From: Terriglobia bacterium
GTDB taxonomy: Bacteria; Acidobacteriota; Terriglobia; JAJPHL01; JAPKYU01
Assembly (NCBI GenBank): GCA_965223005.1
Contig: CBDCVK010000010.1
Span: 1,056,001 to 1,120,000, forward strand
Length of the DNA: 64,000 bases
Direction: 5' to 3'
Shown here: positions 62,326 through 64,000 of the stretch, piece after piece
Layout: each line of letters begins with the position of its first letter
Position numbering within the stretch: the stretch's first letter is position 1
The notes under the pieces: model-generated
Told to the model about the DNA's origin: nothing
Seen by the model: only the letters and a program-made list of their open reading frames with translations
Databases searched by the model: none
Made by a program: the position numbers and the translations under genes

Positions 62326-64000
62326 TCAGTTTTGGTCGGTGGGGACGAGGCGCTTCAGCTCTTCAAACCAGTTGAGCACCACGTTGATTCGCGTCGCTTC
62401 CTCCTGCTCGCCTGGCTGGATCATCAAGAATCGCTGGCCGTCGGGCGTGACGTCGTAGTTTGGGGGAGACCAGTTGAAGTCGTTGTGGTACCGTCCCTCA
62501 AACAGTAGCGTGGGGGTGCCCGCACGAAAGGTTGGCTGCGTTGTAACCGGAACGGCCATCATCTTGTTGCCGTCGCGGTAGAACAGTTCCCTCCCGTTCT
62601 TCGCCCAGAGCGGCTCATTGCCGCCTTCGGTGGAAATCTGCCACTTGCCGCCGGGGCCGGGATACGGCTGCACATAGACTTCGTTCCGGCCGGACTCATT
62701 GGACGTATAGGCGAGCCAATGCCCGTCCGGGGAGAACACCGGCGCGCGTTCAACAAATTGGGTTTGGAGGAACGGGCGCGGCTTGCGCTCCCCCTGCAAC
62801 GGGAGAACCCAGATGTCCATTTCCGTGGTGGGATGAGATTCTTCAAAGGCCAGCACTTGCCCGTCCGGCGACCAGGACGAAGGCAACTGGACGCGTTCGC
62901 TTTCCGTTAGCTGCTCTACCGGGCCGCTGCCGTCGGCAGGTTTCCAAAACAGATTCGCGGGTCCGCCAGCCCGGCGCGAACCAAACGCCAACCGCTTTCC
63001 ATCCGGCATCCAGCGGGGAATATTTCCCCCTTCAAACGTCAGCCGGGTCAATGTTTTCCGGGGGATGTGGTAAATCCAGATGTCAGAGTTTCCAATCTGG
63101 ACGGCCAGCCGATTTCCGTCGGGTGAGAGGCTGGGGTCATCATAGACGCGTGGGGGCGTCGCTAGGGGCTCGACCACTCCTTGGCGATCGACCCAGACCA
63201 GCGTTCGCTGGCCGAGACCGCCCGGGATATAGACGAGCGATCCGCTCTCAGACACGCCGAACTGTGCCTGTCCAACTTCTTTAGTGTATATCGCGAGACC
63301 CTCGAGGACGACGGCCGGCGGTCCTGTTAACTGGAGCTGGTCGAGATCAAAGGGCGCCGCCAACAGCTTGTCTTCCCATCCATAGACCAAGTGGCCGGTT
63401 GGTACATACCGAGCACGCCCGCCCCGCGCGATCAGGGTCCGCCGCTCGCCAGTTTCCAGTGAAAGCAAACCGACTGAGAGACCACTTTCTTTCCCAACAG
63501 TAAATAGCACCGCCTTGCCTCCCGGGAGGACCTGAGGCCAAGCATAATAGTGTTCCACATCTTTGACCGCACTGGTGATCACCTCAGGGGTACCCCCGTC
63601 GGCCGAAACTCGAATAAGACCGTAGGAACCTCCGAAAATGAGAGCATTCCCGTTCGGAGTCCAGCTTAGACCGAGAGGCCCATAGCCTGCTATTTCTCTG
63701 TAGTTGCACAGGGTCCGGAGGGCTCCCCCGGAAAGCAATACCTTCTTTAGCAGTCCGTCCTCTCCGCCGAAGGCGAGCCACTTCCCATCGGGAGAAAAAG
63801 CACCATGGAACACTCCCGCAGTGCCCGGAATCAGCCTGCTCTCCAGTTCGTTTAAGCGCCGCACGTAGAGCTGCCGGCTGTCTCCTGTGAGGGCGACGTA
63901 AGCGATCTGTGTGCCGTCGAGTGAAATCTCCACCGCCGGATTGATCTCCCAAAAGGTTTGACCTTGCGAGAGGTTAATGACCAGTCGGCTGACGGGCCGC
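62326..64000 (-). CDS. TolB-like (PD40) beta-propeller region, usually the C-terminus of acidobacterial Ser/Thr kinases; 5' end outside the window
   Basis: Repeated SPDG blades, ESGRNEVYV, terminal INVVLNWFEELKRLVP. Confidence 0.88.
   Translation of the reverse strand, partial: RPVSRLVINLSQGQTFWEINPAVEISLDGTQIAYVALTGDSRQLYVRRLNELESRLIPGTAGVFHGAFSPDGKWLAFGGEDGLLKKVLLSGGALRTLCNYREIAGYGPLGLSWTPNGNALIFGGSYGLIRVSADGGTPEVITSAVKDVEHYYAWPQVLPGGKAVLFTVGKESGLSVGLLSLETGERRTLIARGGRARYVPTGHLVYGWEDKLLAAPFDLDQLQLTGPPAVVLEGLAIYTKEVGQAQFGVSESGSLVYIPGGLGQRTLVWVDRQGVVEPLATPPRVYDDPSLSPDGNRLAVQIGNSDIWIYHIPRKTLTRLTFEGGNIPRWMPDGKRLAFGSRRAGGPANLFWKPADGSGPVEQLTESERVQLPSSWSPDGQVLAFEESHPTTEMDIWVLPLQGERKPRPFLQTQFVERAPVFSPDGHWLAYTSNESGRNEVYVQPYPGPGGKWQISTEGGNEPLWAKNGRELFYRDGNKMMAVPVTTQPTFRAGTPTLLFEGRYHNDFNWSPPNYDVTPDGQRFLMIQPGEQEEATRINVVLNWFEELKRLVPTDQN

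Overview
High-GC bacterial chromosome segment, most likely from an Acidobacterium (acidobacterial VWA protein, kinase-type TolB-like propeller genes). Core-type genes lie at both ends: thrS, biotin carboxylase, tadA, tRNA-Ser, a PilS/PilR-like pair and a cytochrome c oxidase operon on the left, and thiI and pccB on the right. Between them is a mosaic of accessory genes (about 19.7-50 kb) whose junctions carry recurring scars. A glycosyltransferase gene is broken by nested IS256/IS3 elements. tRNA-Thr(CGT) has integrase remnants on both sides, and one element duplicated the 5' half of the tRNA. The main finding is an intact four-gene type III-A CRISPR-derived operon (cas10-csm2-csm3-csm4, 53905-57951, minus strand). 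Its Cas10 lacks the HD domain, has a degenerate Palm1 and keeps GGDD; its Csm2 carries a zinc-finger extension. No csm5, cas6, cas1/cas2, cOA effector or CRISPR array is visible in the 64 kb. All calls come from motif reading by eye; no database searches were run.
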